Origin: Candidatus Parcubacteria bacterium
GTDB lineage: Bacteria > Patescibacteriota > Minisyncoccia > Phycocordibacterales > UBA918
DNA length: 64,000 bases
Assembly (NCBI GenBank): GCA_046050355.1
Contig: JBJOPW010000001.1
Span: 79,475-143,474 of the forward strand
Direction: 5' to 3'
Shown: positions 1 through 9,577 of the stretch, in pieces
How positions within the stretch are numbered: the stretch's first letter is position 1
Layout of the letters: every line of letters starts with the position of its first letter
The notes under the pieces: generated by a model
Seen by the model: the letters and a program-made list of their open reading frames with translations, nothing else
Told to the model about the DNA's origin: nothing
Databases searched by the model: none
Position numbers and translations under genes: made by a program

Positions 1-3000
1 TTAAAATCATACAGACCAGCCGGTAGGTTTGCGTTGGCTACCCGTAACGTCATGCGTAGTCGCACCAGGTCACCATCTCCGAGTGGTTCGTCGGCAATTG
101 TAATGGGGTTGTTTTCACCCAAATCTGAGACACCAACCGGCCATGGGTCGGTGGGCTTCAGGGCATTATTATTAACATAGAACCGATAGTAATTTTGACG
201 AACAGCGAGTCCAGAAACTGGCCATTCCACAATTTCGGTACGATACGTCATTTCCCCTGAGGCTTCACTGCGCCACAGTTCATAGGTGGACGTGCTCGTA
301 ATACGAGCACCGGCCATTGGTAAGGGAAAGGTCGTATTAGCCCCCACGACGCGGGTATTAGCAAATATTGATGCATTGTTTGTCGCTTCAATTGGTGAGA
401 AGATTGAGATTGATAACGCTACTGGCTCAGTACCGGCGTTGGTCGTTCCATTTGTTCGTTGTACCTCCATAGCACCGGCACTGGTCTGCAGGTTTTCAAT
501 AATCCAAGCCACTGAAGTATGTCCGCTCGGTGCAGTAGCAGCGCCCTCAAGTCGGTATGATACGGCGCCAATACTCGACAGCCAAACTTCGTGGCCAAAG
601 TTGTTGACGTTGCCTTGAGCGGTCATGCGTTTTTGTGTGTGTATAAACGAACGCGCTAAACTATTGAGCGTTGTTGGTATTGATTCTGTTTCTACGGTTC
701 CAACTGCAGTATACGTATGTTCACTTCGTTGCACCTGCCAATTAATGCCGGTAAATTCAACCACGGCATAGCTCACATTGATAATAGCCCCACCGGCTCC
801 ACGATTAAAAACGGGTGCCGTACTGGTGGGACTCCAACTTGATGTTACTTGCCCGGCATAATACACGTTACGCGCAACATCACGGTTCTCAATACCAGTT
901 ATAAAGACCACCACATCAGTATTATCGGTAATGGTACCAAGGGCAGTGCCGGTGGCTATCAAGGCGGCACTCGCCATATTGACACTCCCCACCCCTCTTA
1001 CCTTCATTTCATTGTCGGTGCCAGCATCCCCAATAAACTCAACGATTTCCCAGTTCACCCGTGTATTTCCGGTGGCAGCTGGTGGCCGAGAAATGGTAAA
1101 ATTGCTCGGTAAGTTAGCCGCCGAAATGTACGCGGTGATATCATCGGCATTTTGCGCTCCTCCACCAGCTGTCGTGCGTCCCGGCCCAGTGTTGTGGGTG
1201 TCAGTGAGACGGACAAAGGCAGTCGTTGTGCTCGCTGGAGCAGTATAGTCAACACCAGCGGTTAGCGTTTGTGACGTACCGGCGATGGTAGCAGTGCCAC
1301 GCTGCACTTTAAAATCACGCTTGGGAGCAGTGGTTAGTTCTGCATAGTTACTATAGGTTAAGGGTTCTCCATTATTGGTGAGTCTAAAGCAATACGTAGT
1401 ATTATAAGCAGTAATATTGGTAGAGGTAATACTAAATTCATACTCAGCAAATTCAGTTGTACTCATGACCAGAGCAGAGGTAGTACTCGTGGTATCACGT
1501 TGGCCGGCATTTGCGACAATAAAGGTTGGATTTGGGTCGGTAACACCCCCGTTTGCAACCGCAATATTGGTAGTGTTGTTACCGTTGGTGAGATTAGTGC
1601 TATCAAACATATTCCAGTCATCAGCACTATCGCCAACCGGTGTCCACACACTCACCGCACTACAGGTAGTCACGCGCGGTCCAAATTCAAGGCGATAGGC
1701 GGTTGCAACAGAAGCAGCCGCACCTTCGTTTGAAAGTGCCAGGCGTAGTCGGATTGGTGTATTGGCAGGGTGTTCTGTCAGGAGGACATTTTCTGACCCA
1801 CCTGTAGCTGAAGTTGCTGTAGTTTCAGACCCATTGTCGTTACGCCAATGGTAACCATTTTGGGTAATCACTGGTCCTGAAAGCGTGGTGGTACCGTTAA
1901 TTGCTATCGGTGTAGATGGTGATACCGATCCAGCCGAGACACCGATATCATTAGCGGGTGAAGAAATTTCTATTTGCACGGTGTCACCATTGCTAGCCGC
2001 AGCGGTAACATCAAACACCACATAAAGACAAACGGTCTGTGTGGTTGTTACGGTCACCGAGCCACTAAACGTTGATGTACCATTTTGACTAGTAAAGCCA
2101 TCAGTATCGGTGCTACCAAATTGCGTTTCTGATCCACCATACGATTCACTGGCACAATCGTACGGAGCGGTGGTGTCTAAATCATATCTAAGCACTATGG
2201 TATCTAAGTGATTCTGTGCATCAACAGTGCCATTCTCAGCTATCATAATATTGGTAATATTTCGACTACTGGTGTTTTCACGAAAGACAAACTGGCCGCC
2301 GACATGTTGATTTGTAGATGGCACCAAGAGCGATGCTGTCTGACTACCTAAAGCGGTCACACTGACATCAGCGGCAATGGTGACACTTGGGAATTGTGAA
2401 TATACGGGTAAGGGGGTGCCAGCATTAGTAACACGAAAACAGTACGTTGTTCCCTCACTCGCTGAGGTTGATGCAACAATGGCATATTCTAATTCAACAA
2501 AATTAGTGTTCGTTAGCGTTAAAGAGCCAGTTTGTGAAGAGACTTCGCGCAAGCCACCATTGGGGGTTAAAAATGTCGTGTTTTCGTCGGCCACACCACC
2601 AGTACCCACTGCAATATTAGTAGTATCTCCCCCTTCGGTAATATTTGCAGATAACGACATATTCCAGGCATCATCGGCTGCCCCGACATCAGTCCAACTC
2701 GTGGTGTCATTACAGGTCGGGGCTGCTACCCCATACTCCAAACGAAATGTTGATGCGGCGCTAGATAGTGAGCCTTCGTTTGATACCTGCACGCGCAGGC
2801 GACGAGGGTTATTCGGCAACAGTGCAGCGATTGGTGTATCAGCTACTCCGCCGGTCGCAGATGAGGCGGTAGTTTCTGTACCGTTATCGTTACGCCAGTG
2901 GTAGTGCGTTTGGGTAAGTTCATCATTTTGAATCAGTGATGATGAAGCCATACGCACTGGAGATTCAGGCATTACCAGCACACCACCAGTGACAATCACG

Positions 3001-4718
3001 TCATCATTAGGAGCTTCAACTGAAACTGACAACGTATCACCATCAAGGGCAGCTTCTAGTACATCGAGCACGACGTAGAAGCACATGGCCTGTGTCGTGG
3101 TGATAGACTGTAAGCCAGAAAAACTCGAAACCCCATTAGCGCCAGAAAATCCATTAGTGTCTGTAAGTCCATACTGAGATTCAGTGCCACTATATGATTC
3201 ACTGACACAGTCATAGGGGGCCGAAGTATCAAGGTCATAAAACAATTTCACATTGCTCACCGCAGTACTACCATTAATACTGCCACGCTCGTTAACGACT
3301 ACAGCGGTCACATTCCGACTACTTTGGGTTTCTCGAATTGCAAACTTGCCGCCGACATAGACATTATTGGTACCGGCGGTGATAACACTGGTCGCTGTAC
3401 CGGTTGCATACAATTTTGTAATCGGTGCGATATCAGCAAGCGTATCACCAAAATAATCATCTGGTGCTGGGTCAGTCCAACTCACATAGATGCGCTCATC
3501 ACTCATGAGATTGATATCAAGACCACGATGGTCGCCAGCAGTCACACCCGAGACGGTTCGCTCAGGACTCCAGGTTGACATAGCAGAAGTTGAAGTCGCC
3601 CAGTAGATACCTCCGGTCGTGGCTGTCGCCGGTGTCGACCGTAGTACATAGGCAACATAAACAGTACTGGTATTGATATCTAATCCAATCGCAACCGTAT
3701 TAAGACCACGTGTTGTATTCGTAAATACTGCAGTTGTTCCAGTCCATGAACCGGATGAGAACTTAGCCGTACGAACATCATGATCAAGTGTAGTATACGT
3801 GTCATGATCAGCACCATAGGCAAGATACACATCACCGGAGTTTGGGTCAACAACAGCCGCCATACTGGTATCGTACGTAGCACTCTCAACGGCTGCCCCA
3901 TCAATAGTAGTCCAACTGGCTGACCAAGCTGATCCATTCCATACACGTGACTGAATCACGTTTAAACTAATGTCACGGTTTATAAGGAGTACATTGCCAT
4001 TAATAAGTGGCAACAATATATTCCAATCATTATCAAGATCCATAAAACGCGCACCACCCGGCTCACTCCAGCCAGTAGTGGCGGTGCACCCCGTGTCAGT
4101 ATCGCAACTCACCACAAAAGAATCAGCGGCATCTGAGATACCGATAAAAACTTCGTTACCAGCATTTTTTGTGACCGTGAGGTTGTTAGTACCCGATACG
4201 TAGGTGCCGGCCTGACTTGAGTTGGTACTCGCGTTCACTGGAGCAGTACCGAGGAGGAGAGTGTCGGTACTGGTATCAAGCGCATTATAAAATACATGGT
4301 CGGGGTTTGAGGCCGTTTCCATTGTTGCTATATGAATCGTGCTCCCAAAGTCGCCGGGTGTCCACTGGTCATACCACACCGCAATACTCGAACAGTCAGT
4401 TTGGGCATCTACAATCACTGGTGTATTCCAGACCGTACCACCGTTTGTAGTCTTACTATACACACAACTACCAGAGAGATCTCGGTAAAACTTGTACCCC
4501 ACCTGATCAGAAGTGAACACCGTTTGGGAGCCACCGAAGAAAAATGAGTTGGCATCGGTACTCACCGTAGCATCAATGGTATTTTGGGCAGCTTCGGCCA
4601 TAGTCGGCCAGGCCATATACTCCAAAAACGTGAAGTTGAGAAAAAACATCACAGCTAACATGATGCCAGCAATCAGTCGACGCCATCCATACCAAAAAAA
4701 CGCTGGAAACCTCCGCAT
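1..4718 (-). CDS. Giant secreted repeat protein, partial (>1,570 aa; 3' end lies outside the window)
   Basis: Not in the ORF track because it has no stop in the window. ATG at 4718 gives MRRFPAFFWYGWRRLIAGIMLAVMFFLNFTFLEYMAWPTMAEAAQNTIDAT (signal peptide-like). The same frame at the window edge reads ...ENNPITIADEPLGDGDLVRLRMTLRVANANLPAGLYDF, resembling a module in the 7,456-aa protein. It has an Asp-box-like YSKTTNGGTVW and a ~350-aa tandem unit (YDLDTxAPYDCxSESY and WRNDNG...YCFR). The frame was spot-checked, not read codon by codon. Confidence 0.88.
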   Translation of the reverse strand, partial: MRRFPAFFWYGWRRLIAGIMLAVMFFLNFTFLEYMAWPTMAEAAQNTIDATVSTDANSFFFGGSQTVFTSDQVGYKFYRDLSGSCVYSKTTNGGTVWNTPVIVDAQTDCSSIAVWYDQWTPGDFGSTIHIATMETASNPDHVFYNALDTSTDTLLLGTAPVNASTNSSQAGTYVSGTNNLTVTKNAGNEVFIGISDAADSFVVSCDTDTGCTATTGWSEPGGARFMDLDNDWNILLPLINGNVLLINRDISLNVIQSRVWNGSAWSASWTTIDGAAVESATYDTSMAAVVDPNSGDVYLAYGADHDTYTTLDHDVRTAKFSSGSWTGTTAVFTNTTRGLNTVAIGLDINTSTVYVAYVLRSTPATATTGGIYWATSTSAMSTWSPERTVSGVTAGDHRGLDINLMSDERIYVSWTDPAPDDYFGDTLADIAPITKLYATGTATSVITAGTNNVYVGGKFAIRETQSSRNVTAVVVNERGSINGSTAVSNVKLFYDLDTSAPYDCVSESYSGTESQYGLTDTNGFSGANGVSSFSGLQSITTTQAMCFYVVLDVLEAALDGDTLSVSVEAPNDDVIVTGGVLVMPESPVRMASSSLIQNDELTQTHYHWRNDNGTETTASSATGGVADTPIAALLPNNPRRLRVQVSNEGSLSSAASTFRLEYGVAAPTCNDTTSWTDVGAADDAWNMSLSANITEGGDTTNIAVGTGGVADENTTFLTPNGGLREVSSQTGSLTLTNTNFVELEYAIVASTSASEGTTYCFRVTNAGTPLPVYSQFPSVTIAADVSVTALGSQTASLLVPSTNQHVGGQFVFRENTSSRNITNIMIAENGTVDAQNHLDTIVLRYDLDTTAPYDCASESYGGSETQFGSTDTDGFTSQNGTSTFSGSVTVTTTQTVCLYVVFDVTAAASNGDTVQIEISSPANDIGVSAGSVSPSTPIAINGTTTLSGPVITQNGYHWRNDNGSETTATSATGGSENVLLTEHPANTPIRLRLALSNEGAAASVATAYRLEFGPRVTTCSAVSVWTPVGDSADDWNMFDSTNLTNGNNTTNIAVANGGVTDPNPTFIVANAGQRDTTSTTSALVMSTTEFAEYEFSITSTNITAYNTTYCFRLTNNGEPLTYSNYAELTTAPKRDFKVQRGTATIAGTSQTLTAGVDYTAPASTTTAFVRLTDTHNTGPGRTTAGGGAQNADDITAYISAANLPSNFTISRPPAATGNTRVNWEIVEFIGDAGTDNEMKVRGVGSVNMASAALIATGTALGTITDNTDVVVFITGIENRDVARNVYYAGQVTSSWSPTSTAPVFNRGAGGAIINVSYAVVEFTGINWQVQRSEHTYTAVGTVETESIPTTLNSLARSFIHTQKRMTAQGNVNNFGHEVWLSSIGAVSYRLEGAATAPSGHTSVAWIIENLQTSAGAMEVQRTNGTTNAGTEPVALSISIFSPIEATNNASIFANTRVVGANTTFPLPMAGARITSTSTYELWRSEASGEMTYRTEIVEWPVSGLAVRQNYYRFYVNNNALKPTDPWPVGVSDLGENNPITIADEPLGDGDLVRLRMTLRVANANLPAGLYDF

Positions 4719-4772
4719 AAGTTAATTTTGTCACGTTAAGTGAGAGTTTTCTATGTTTTTGCTGTAGAGAAC

Positions 4773-6299
4773 CTACTCGACCACAGGTATGTCTATAGGG
4801 GAAGCATCAGGTGTAAATGGAGTTACTACGAGGTCTGGAATGGCCGCCACAGGTTCTGATACAACTTCAGTTACCACGGTTGTTTCAGTGAGGTCAAGGG
4901 TGAGGCTCGTAGTGGTTGCAATCACCTCGGTACTAGTCGCGAGGTTGAGCTCTAAATCTGGTGGTGTACTCGAGGCATTACCGTCAGGATTTGCTGCTGC
5001 TTCAAGGCCATCTTCTTCGGTTGGTGACTTAGTTGATAGCAACGCTCGAGTCTCGCCAGTAGTATCTGGACTCGGAATCTCATCTGGCAGTGGCGCCGGT
5101 TCAGCTTCAAAAGAGGTAATTTCACCGGTGACAAGATCGTATCCGCGAGTTTCGATGTCACCATTCTCCATCGCCGCATCGTAGACAAGGACCATACGTG
5201 GATTTGAAATAGTGCCACCGTTATCATCACGAATGGTCATGAAGGCTTTTGAGTTCAGGTCATATACCTCGATAGTTTTTTCGTTGTACTGGACTCGGTG
5301 CCATACCACCAAATTATTCCGTATTACCGGTGCGAGATTATGCTCACTTGTGTTCGTCAGCTGCGTAGCTGTCTCGCCGTCATATAGCATAATCTGCCAA
5401 GCATCATTATCCCAGTATTGCCAAACAATGATATTGTCGGCACGGAACGGCTCCATGTTGTTGGTGCTCGTATCGGTGAGCTGACGCTCTTCACCTGAAG
5501 CCATATCATAGACAACAATTTGATAGCGCTCATCAACTAGACGGTGCCAAACGAGACTGTCGGAAGCTGGGTCATAGTATGGGGAGGCATCGTCAACCGT
5601 GTTGTAGGTAATCTGTTGGAGGCCGTCATTATTCTTGAGATAAATTTCAAGGTCACCATCACTATCGGGGAGCGAGAACAGGCCTTGTTCGTCAGCAGCT
5701 GGAACTGTCGTTGTCGCGAGTTGGCAGTAGAAAGAACCGTCCTCAACCGCGAGACAGTTGTCTTTACTGAACTGAATCATTTGGTCACTCTCCACGGTCA
5801 ACGTTGGCGTGGTTGGATCAGTGCTGGTAGCGGTTGTCGTGCCAGTTTGTTCGGTCGATGTCGCAACAGGCAGGTTAGTTGTATCGGTAGGTGGTTCTAC
5901 TTCCCCGCTTGCAGGAACATCAAGAACACCGGCATCAGGCGGTACTGGTGTAGGATCTTCCTCTGTTGCTATTGGTGTATCAGGTGGTGGAGATACATCA
6001 GGCGATGGCTCGTCGGCCGGTGCTGTTGCTTCACCAGACACTACTTCTGCTGGCGATTCGGCTCGGGTAGAAAACTCTTGCTGGATAGTCGCCACCGCTT
6101 CATCGGTTATCGTAACAGGTAGATTTGGCGCCGGTTCAGGCGGCGACTCGTTTGCATACGCTCGCTCGACAGTTTGGAGTAAGAATGAACAAACCAGCAC
6201 CACCACAAAGAGCCGTACTAGTGCACGTTCAAAGACAAATCGATACAACAGGGGTGTACCTGGTGGCGACGATGATCTATTGGCTGGTAATTGTTTCAT
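4773..6299 (-). CDS. Secreted protein with TolB-like beta-propeller repeats between acidic Pro/Thr-rich linkers
   Basis: N-terminal hydrophobic segment ending AYA. Repeats of the form QIVVYD..GEERQLTD...NMEP / QIMLYDG..ATQLTN...NLAP. Low-complexity P/T/E flanks. Confidence 0.75.
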   Translation of the reverse strand: MKQLPANRSSSPPGTPLLYRFVFERALVRLFVVVLVCSFLLQTVERAYANESPPEPAPNLPVTITDEAVATIQQEFSTRAESPAEVVSGEATAPADEPSPDVSPPPDTPIATEEDPTPVPPDAGVLDVPASGEVEPPTDTTNLPVATSTEQTGTTTATSTDPTTPTLTVESDQMIQFSKDNCLAVEDGSFYCQLATTTVPAADEQGLFSLPDSDGDLEIYLKNNDGLQQITYNTVDDASPYYDPASDSLVWHRLVDERYQIVVYDMASGEERQLTDTSTNNMEPFRADNIIVWQYWDNDAWQIMLYDGETATQLTNTSEHNLAPVIRNNLVVWHRVQYNEKTIEVYDLNSKAFMTIRDDNGGTISNPRMVLVYDAAMENGDIETRGYDLVTGEITSFEAEPAPLPDEIPSPDTTGETRALLSTKSPTEEDGLEAAANPDGNASSTPPDLELNLATSTEVIATTTSLTLDLTETTVVTEVVSEPVAAIPDLVVTPFTPDASPIDIPVVE

Positions 6300-6420
6300 T
6301 CAAAAGGGACTTTCAAAGCTGAAAGCTCTACGTTGTCCCATCCAACATATAATACCAGTCCTTTGTCAATGATGTTTTTTGCTTATCAACAGCTAAAAAA
6401 TAATCTAAATACTGCGCCGA

Positions 6421-7176
6421 TCAAGACTTCGATCGAAAATAATTAGCGAGAAGGATTGAAAAGTCTTTGAAGGTCATAGCCCCATCATTATTAAAATCGT
6501 AGCGGTTGTTCTGCTTTACCCATTCCGCCATAAATATACTGATATCGTCAAGTGAGACTTTTCCATCAGCATTCACATCGCTGACAAGGAGAACCACTGC
6601 TCCGGCTTCAAGTGTCCCATCCGTACTTTCGGCAATTTTAAGTCTTAACTGACTCTCTTCCCCGATTTTTGCGTTAATTTCGGTCCCCTTGCCATCACCT
6701 GCCAGTAGGTTGGCTTCGGTGGTTGAAAACACAATTTCCCCAGTAGCACGAGCTTTGGCTCTTATGGTGGCGATAAGGTGTTTACCTACAAACCCTTTGC
6801 GGTATGTCCCACCTTCGAGTAAAACCGCTCCATTTTCAACTCGCGGCTCACTTGTCCAAAGCGTAATTACTGACTCACCGCGGTCAATACCAAGTACTTC
6901 AATTTTGTCTTCAGGATACGCAATGCTCAGTGAGACAGCATTGACCGGTGTGTTTGCAACTGCATAGACAGCGATAAAGAATGTCTCATCTGGAGCACTT
7001 TGTGATTGTTTGGTTTCAAGTATAATTGATGATTTTGAAGAACCAACTACTGAAGCGAAACTTGCTACGACCATGAGAGCGAACAACCACGAAAACAGGT
7101 AGCGTACCGTTGTGGTTGATGTGCGGCTTCGCCGAGCGTGTATATAGGCTACAACTAGCTGCCATAGTTTGATCAT
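6421..7176 (-). CDS. Cohesin-like domain plus C-terminal dockerin-like paired EF-hand
   Basis: Cohesin-like core VNAVSLSIAYPEDKIEV...SVITLWTSEP...LLAGDGKGT. C-terminal DVNADGKVSLDDISIF / DFNNDGAMTFKDFSIL. ATGA overlap with the upstream gene. Confidence 0.78.
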   Translation of the reverse strand: MIKLWQLVVAYIHARRSRTSTTTVRYLFSWLFALMVVASFASVVGSSKSSIILETKQSQSAPDETFFIAVYAVANTPVNAVSLSIAYPEDKIEVLGIDRGESVITLWTSEPRVENGAVLLEGGTYRKGFVGKHLIATIRAKARATGEIVFSTTEANLLAGDGKGTEINAKIGEESQLRLKIAESTDGTLEAGAVVLLVSDVNADGKVSLDDISIFMAEWVKQNNRYDFNNDGAMTFKDFSILLANYFRSKS

Positions 7177-7850
7177 AGTGATTGCAGTTCGCGTCTGGTT
7201 GTTTCAATTTGCTGCATGCGCACCGTCATATTGTTCTTGAGATCAGTGACGGACTTGAGCGTATTCATAATCTCTTCAGAGTCACGACTCTTCCCTGCCA
7301 AAAGGGCTAAAATAATATCACCCTGCAACTCAACGAGTTGCGTGAAGTCCGCTGCCATAGTAAGTTCATCTTCAGCGATTCGTTGCCAAAGCGCTACACG
7401 ATTTGTCTTCTCGTCTTCAGTTTCAAGAATGCGTGAGCGGAGCGTAATGTATTCATCATACACAGTCACTTCTCGTGCTAGTCGAGCTGCCATCACTGAC
7501 TTTTTGTCGGCAAAATACCGACCACAGGCAAAAAACAGTCGGTCAAGCTCACTCAGTTCTGGCTTCGAAATTGAGGCAGATAATTTGTCGAGTAGCACCT
7601 CAAAACGTTGACGTTCTGTTGGCTGACAGTCGACCACAATACGTTCGGTAATTTCATCAGCTTCATTGCGTTTGGTGAGGTCAGCTATCGTAGCCAAAAC
7701 CAGTTCTTGTTCAGCTATATTTGCTTTAAGCGCTAGACTAGTTGAATCAAGTTTTTCACGAACAACTCTATTTGTGTAGATAGAAATTACCCACAAAAGG
7801 AGCCCGATACCAATAGCGAGTAGAGCTAGCTGGCGAGATGTTACATGCAT
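7173..7850 (-). CDS. Membrane-anchored helical/coiled-coil hypothetical protein
   Basis: N-terminal TM segment, helical heptad-like body, two Cys; tightly packed in the operon. Confidence 0.7.
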   Translation of the reverse strand: MHVTSRQLALLAIGIGLLLWVISIYTNRVVREKLDSTSLALKANIAEQELVLATIADLTKRNEADEITERIVVDCQPTERQRFEVLLDKLSASISKPELSELDRLFFACGRYFADKKSVMAARLAREVTVYDEYITLRSRILETEDEKTNRVALWQRIAEDELTMAADFTQLVELQGDIILALLAGKSRDSEEIMNTLKSVTDLKNNMTVRMQQIETTRRELQSL

Positions 7851-7860
7851 ACAGTAAGAA

Positions 7861-9576
7861 TTAGCGAGTTAAGGTGGTTACGTCTGATACTTCTTTTTGT
7901 ACAATTTGCTCTGCTGATTTTAACACGGTTCTTATATCTGTAATAAGGGCACCTTCGGTCGCTGTCAATTTACCGGTTTTGCGGCTACGAACAATATCCG
8001 CTTCGTGTGCATGCAGCAGTTCTTCAATAACAATAAATTGGGCATGAAGCGCAGTACCAACTTCACTACTTTCACGGTTAAGGAGTACCCGGAAGCGGCG
8101 ATACCGTGCCAAGAAGTAAAAACTGCCGAGGGTAGCCAGTACGAGCAGGGCAATCAGTGGAATAATGACCGAGAGCACATCAATCAAGAATGAACCGATT
8201 CGTACGAGACCCATAGGTTGTACAACAAATTGGACGGGGTCAGAAATACCACTTTGCGCACCAAACTCATCATGTGCAGCAGCCGTGAGGGCATAGACGC
8301 CTTCAGTGAGAGCGCTGTTCGGGATAAAACGAAACGTACCTGTTTCGTCACTCTTTACCTCGTAGATAGCTGGCTCTTGTCCAGTCTTCGTGAGGGTTAC
8401 GGCGACTGTAGCATTTGGTCTTGTGGTACCAAGGAATACTGGGATGACACCGGTACTGATCTCGGTTGGCACATCGCTAAAGCGTGGTGCTTCAAATGAT
8501 TCAATCTCGAACGTAAAGGTTGAGACCGTGCTGTTGCCGGCGGCATCAACCACTTCTACCACCATTGTTTGGCGACCGGGAGTCAATTTCTCGAGTTTTA
8601 TTTCATTTTTACCTTCTTCATTTTTGTACTCAACTGGTGCAGCGCCATTGAGTTGTACCCTAAAGACTTTAATTGGTGAGCCATTGGTATCAGTAGTTGA
8701 TGCTACGACAATTTGTGTCGGATTCGCCAGATTGCTATCGGGTTTGAGGCTCAACACCACATTTTGGGGAGCGTTAGTATCAACCCCGAGACGATAGTGC
8801 GCTACCTTGCCCCACCCCTCGGCATTTTTGAATTGGATATGGAAATACGATACCCCTTCATCGAGATCAGCAAGGGTAATCTCTTTGATAGGACTATCAT
8901 AGACTTTGGTTGGTATGGCAGTCGGAGATTCATCAAGTGCGGTTCGTACAGCGACTACATCTCCCGGTAGTGTCCAGCGGAGAATAGCGGTCTTGTCTTT
9001 TGACCAGCCGGCTGGGTCGCCATGGGTATCGGAGGTTATCTTTGGAGCCGCTGGTGTATTGGCTGGTGGTACGTATTCAACAATGGTTTCGGGGGCTGGG
9101 GTCTCAGTGGCAGCAGAGATGGTATACGCACCACTCCCCATACTCGAGAGCACATTGGTCCCGCGACCATCAGCCGCTAGAACAGAGCCACTACCAAAGG
9201 TGACACGCGCTGCTCCAGATCCCAGGGTGCGGAAGGTGATGTTCATCACTGTTCCTGACCCACCAGTGTAGCCGGTCGGCGTACCACCGCTAAAGTTAAT
9301 CGTACCAGCACTATTAGAGTAGGTTGGTTCGGTGGTCCAGAGATTAAAGATTGAACTACTGCGGGAAACCGACACTACCTGAAGCGCTTTATTATCAAAA
9401 TTAATCGTGCCATCAGCGGCATTAATGGCAGCTCCTTTAGTATCAACCGCCACGCGCACAGTAAAGGTACTGCCGCTGCCATAGACACCAGTAGCTGGTG
9501 ACATATTGAGAGTGGCCGCTAGAGCGAATGAACTAGAACCAAAGAGCGCAAGTAGTATAAGGAGACGACTAAACAT
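7861..9576 (-). CDS. Membrane-anchored cohesin-like + Ig-like protein with cytoplasmic helical tail
   Basis: Likely start is the ATG at 9576 (MFSRLLIL...ALA signal), 1 nt after the previous stop. Cohesin-like motif INAADGTINFD...SIFNLWTTEPTYSNSAGTINFSGG...VLAADGRGT, Ig-like segments (GTTRPNATV...GTFRF), TM, ~80-aa tail. Confidence 0.82.
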   Translation of the reverse strand: MFSRLLILLALFGSSSFALAATLNMSPATGVYGSGSTFTVRVAVDTKGAAINAADGTINFDNKALQVVSVSRSSSIFNLWTTEPTYSNSAGTINFSGGTPTGYTGGSGTVMNITFRTLGSGAARVTFGSGSVLAADGRGTNVLSSMGSGAYTISAATETPAPETIVEYVPPANTPAAPKITSDTHGDPAGWSKDKTAILRWTLPGDVVAVRTALDESPTAIPTKVYDSPIKEITLADLDEGVSYFHIQFKNAEGWGKVAHYRLGVDTNAPQNVVLSLKPDSNLANPTQIVVASTTDTNGSPIKVFRVQLNGAAPVEYKNEEGKNEIKLEKLTPGRQTMVVEVVDAAGNSTVSTFTFEIESFEAPRFSDVPTEISTGVIPVFLGTTRPNATVAVTLTKTGQEPAIYEVKSDETGTFRFIPNSALTEGVYALTAAAHDEFGAQSGISDPVQFVVQPMGLVRIGSFLIDVLSVIIPLIALLVLATLGSFYFLARYRRFRVLLNRESSEVGTALHAQFIVIEELLHAHEADIVRSRKTGKLTATEGALITDIRTVLKSAEQIVQKEVSDVTTLTR

Positions 9577-9577
9577 A

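Noticed and set aside
6300-6302. UGA recoding (genetic code 25)
   Set aside because: TGA ends several clear genes (6421, 7173, 50810, 58053, 58565) and the 22-kb ORF is open in the standard code.
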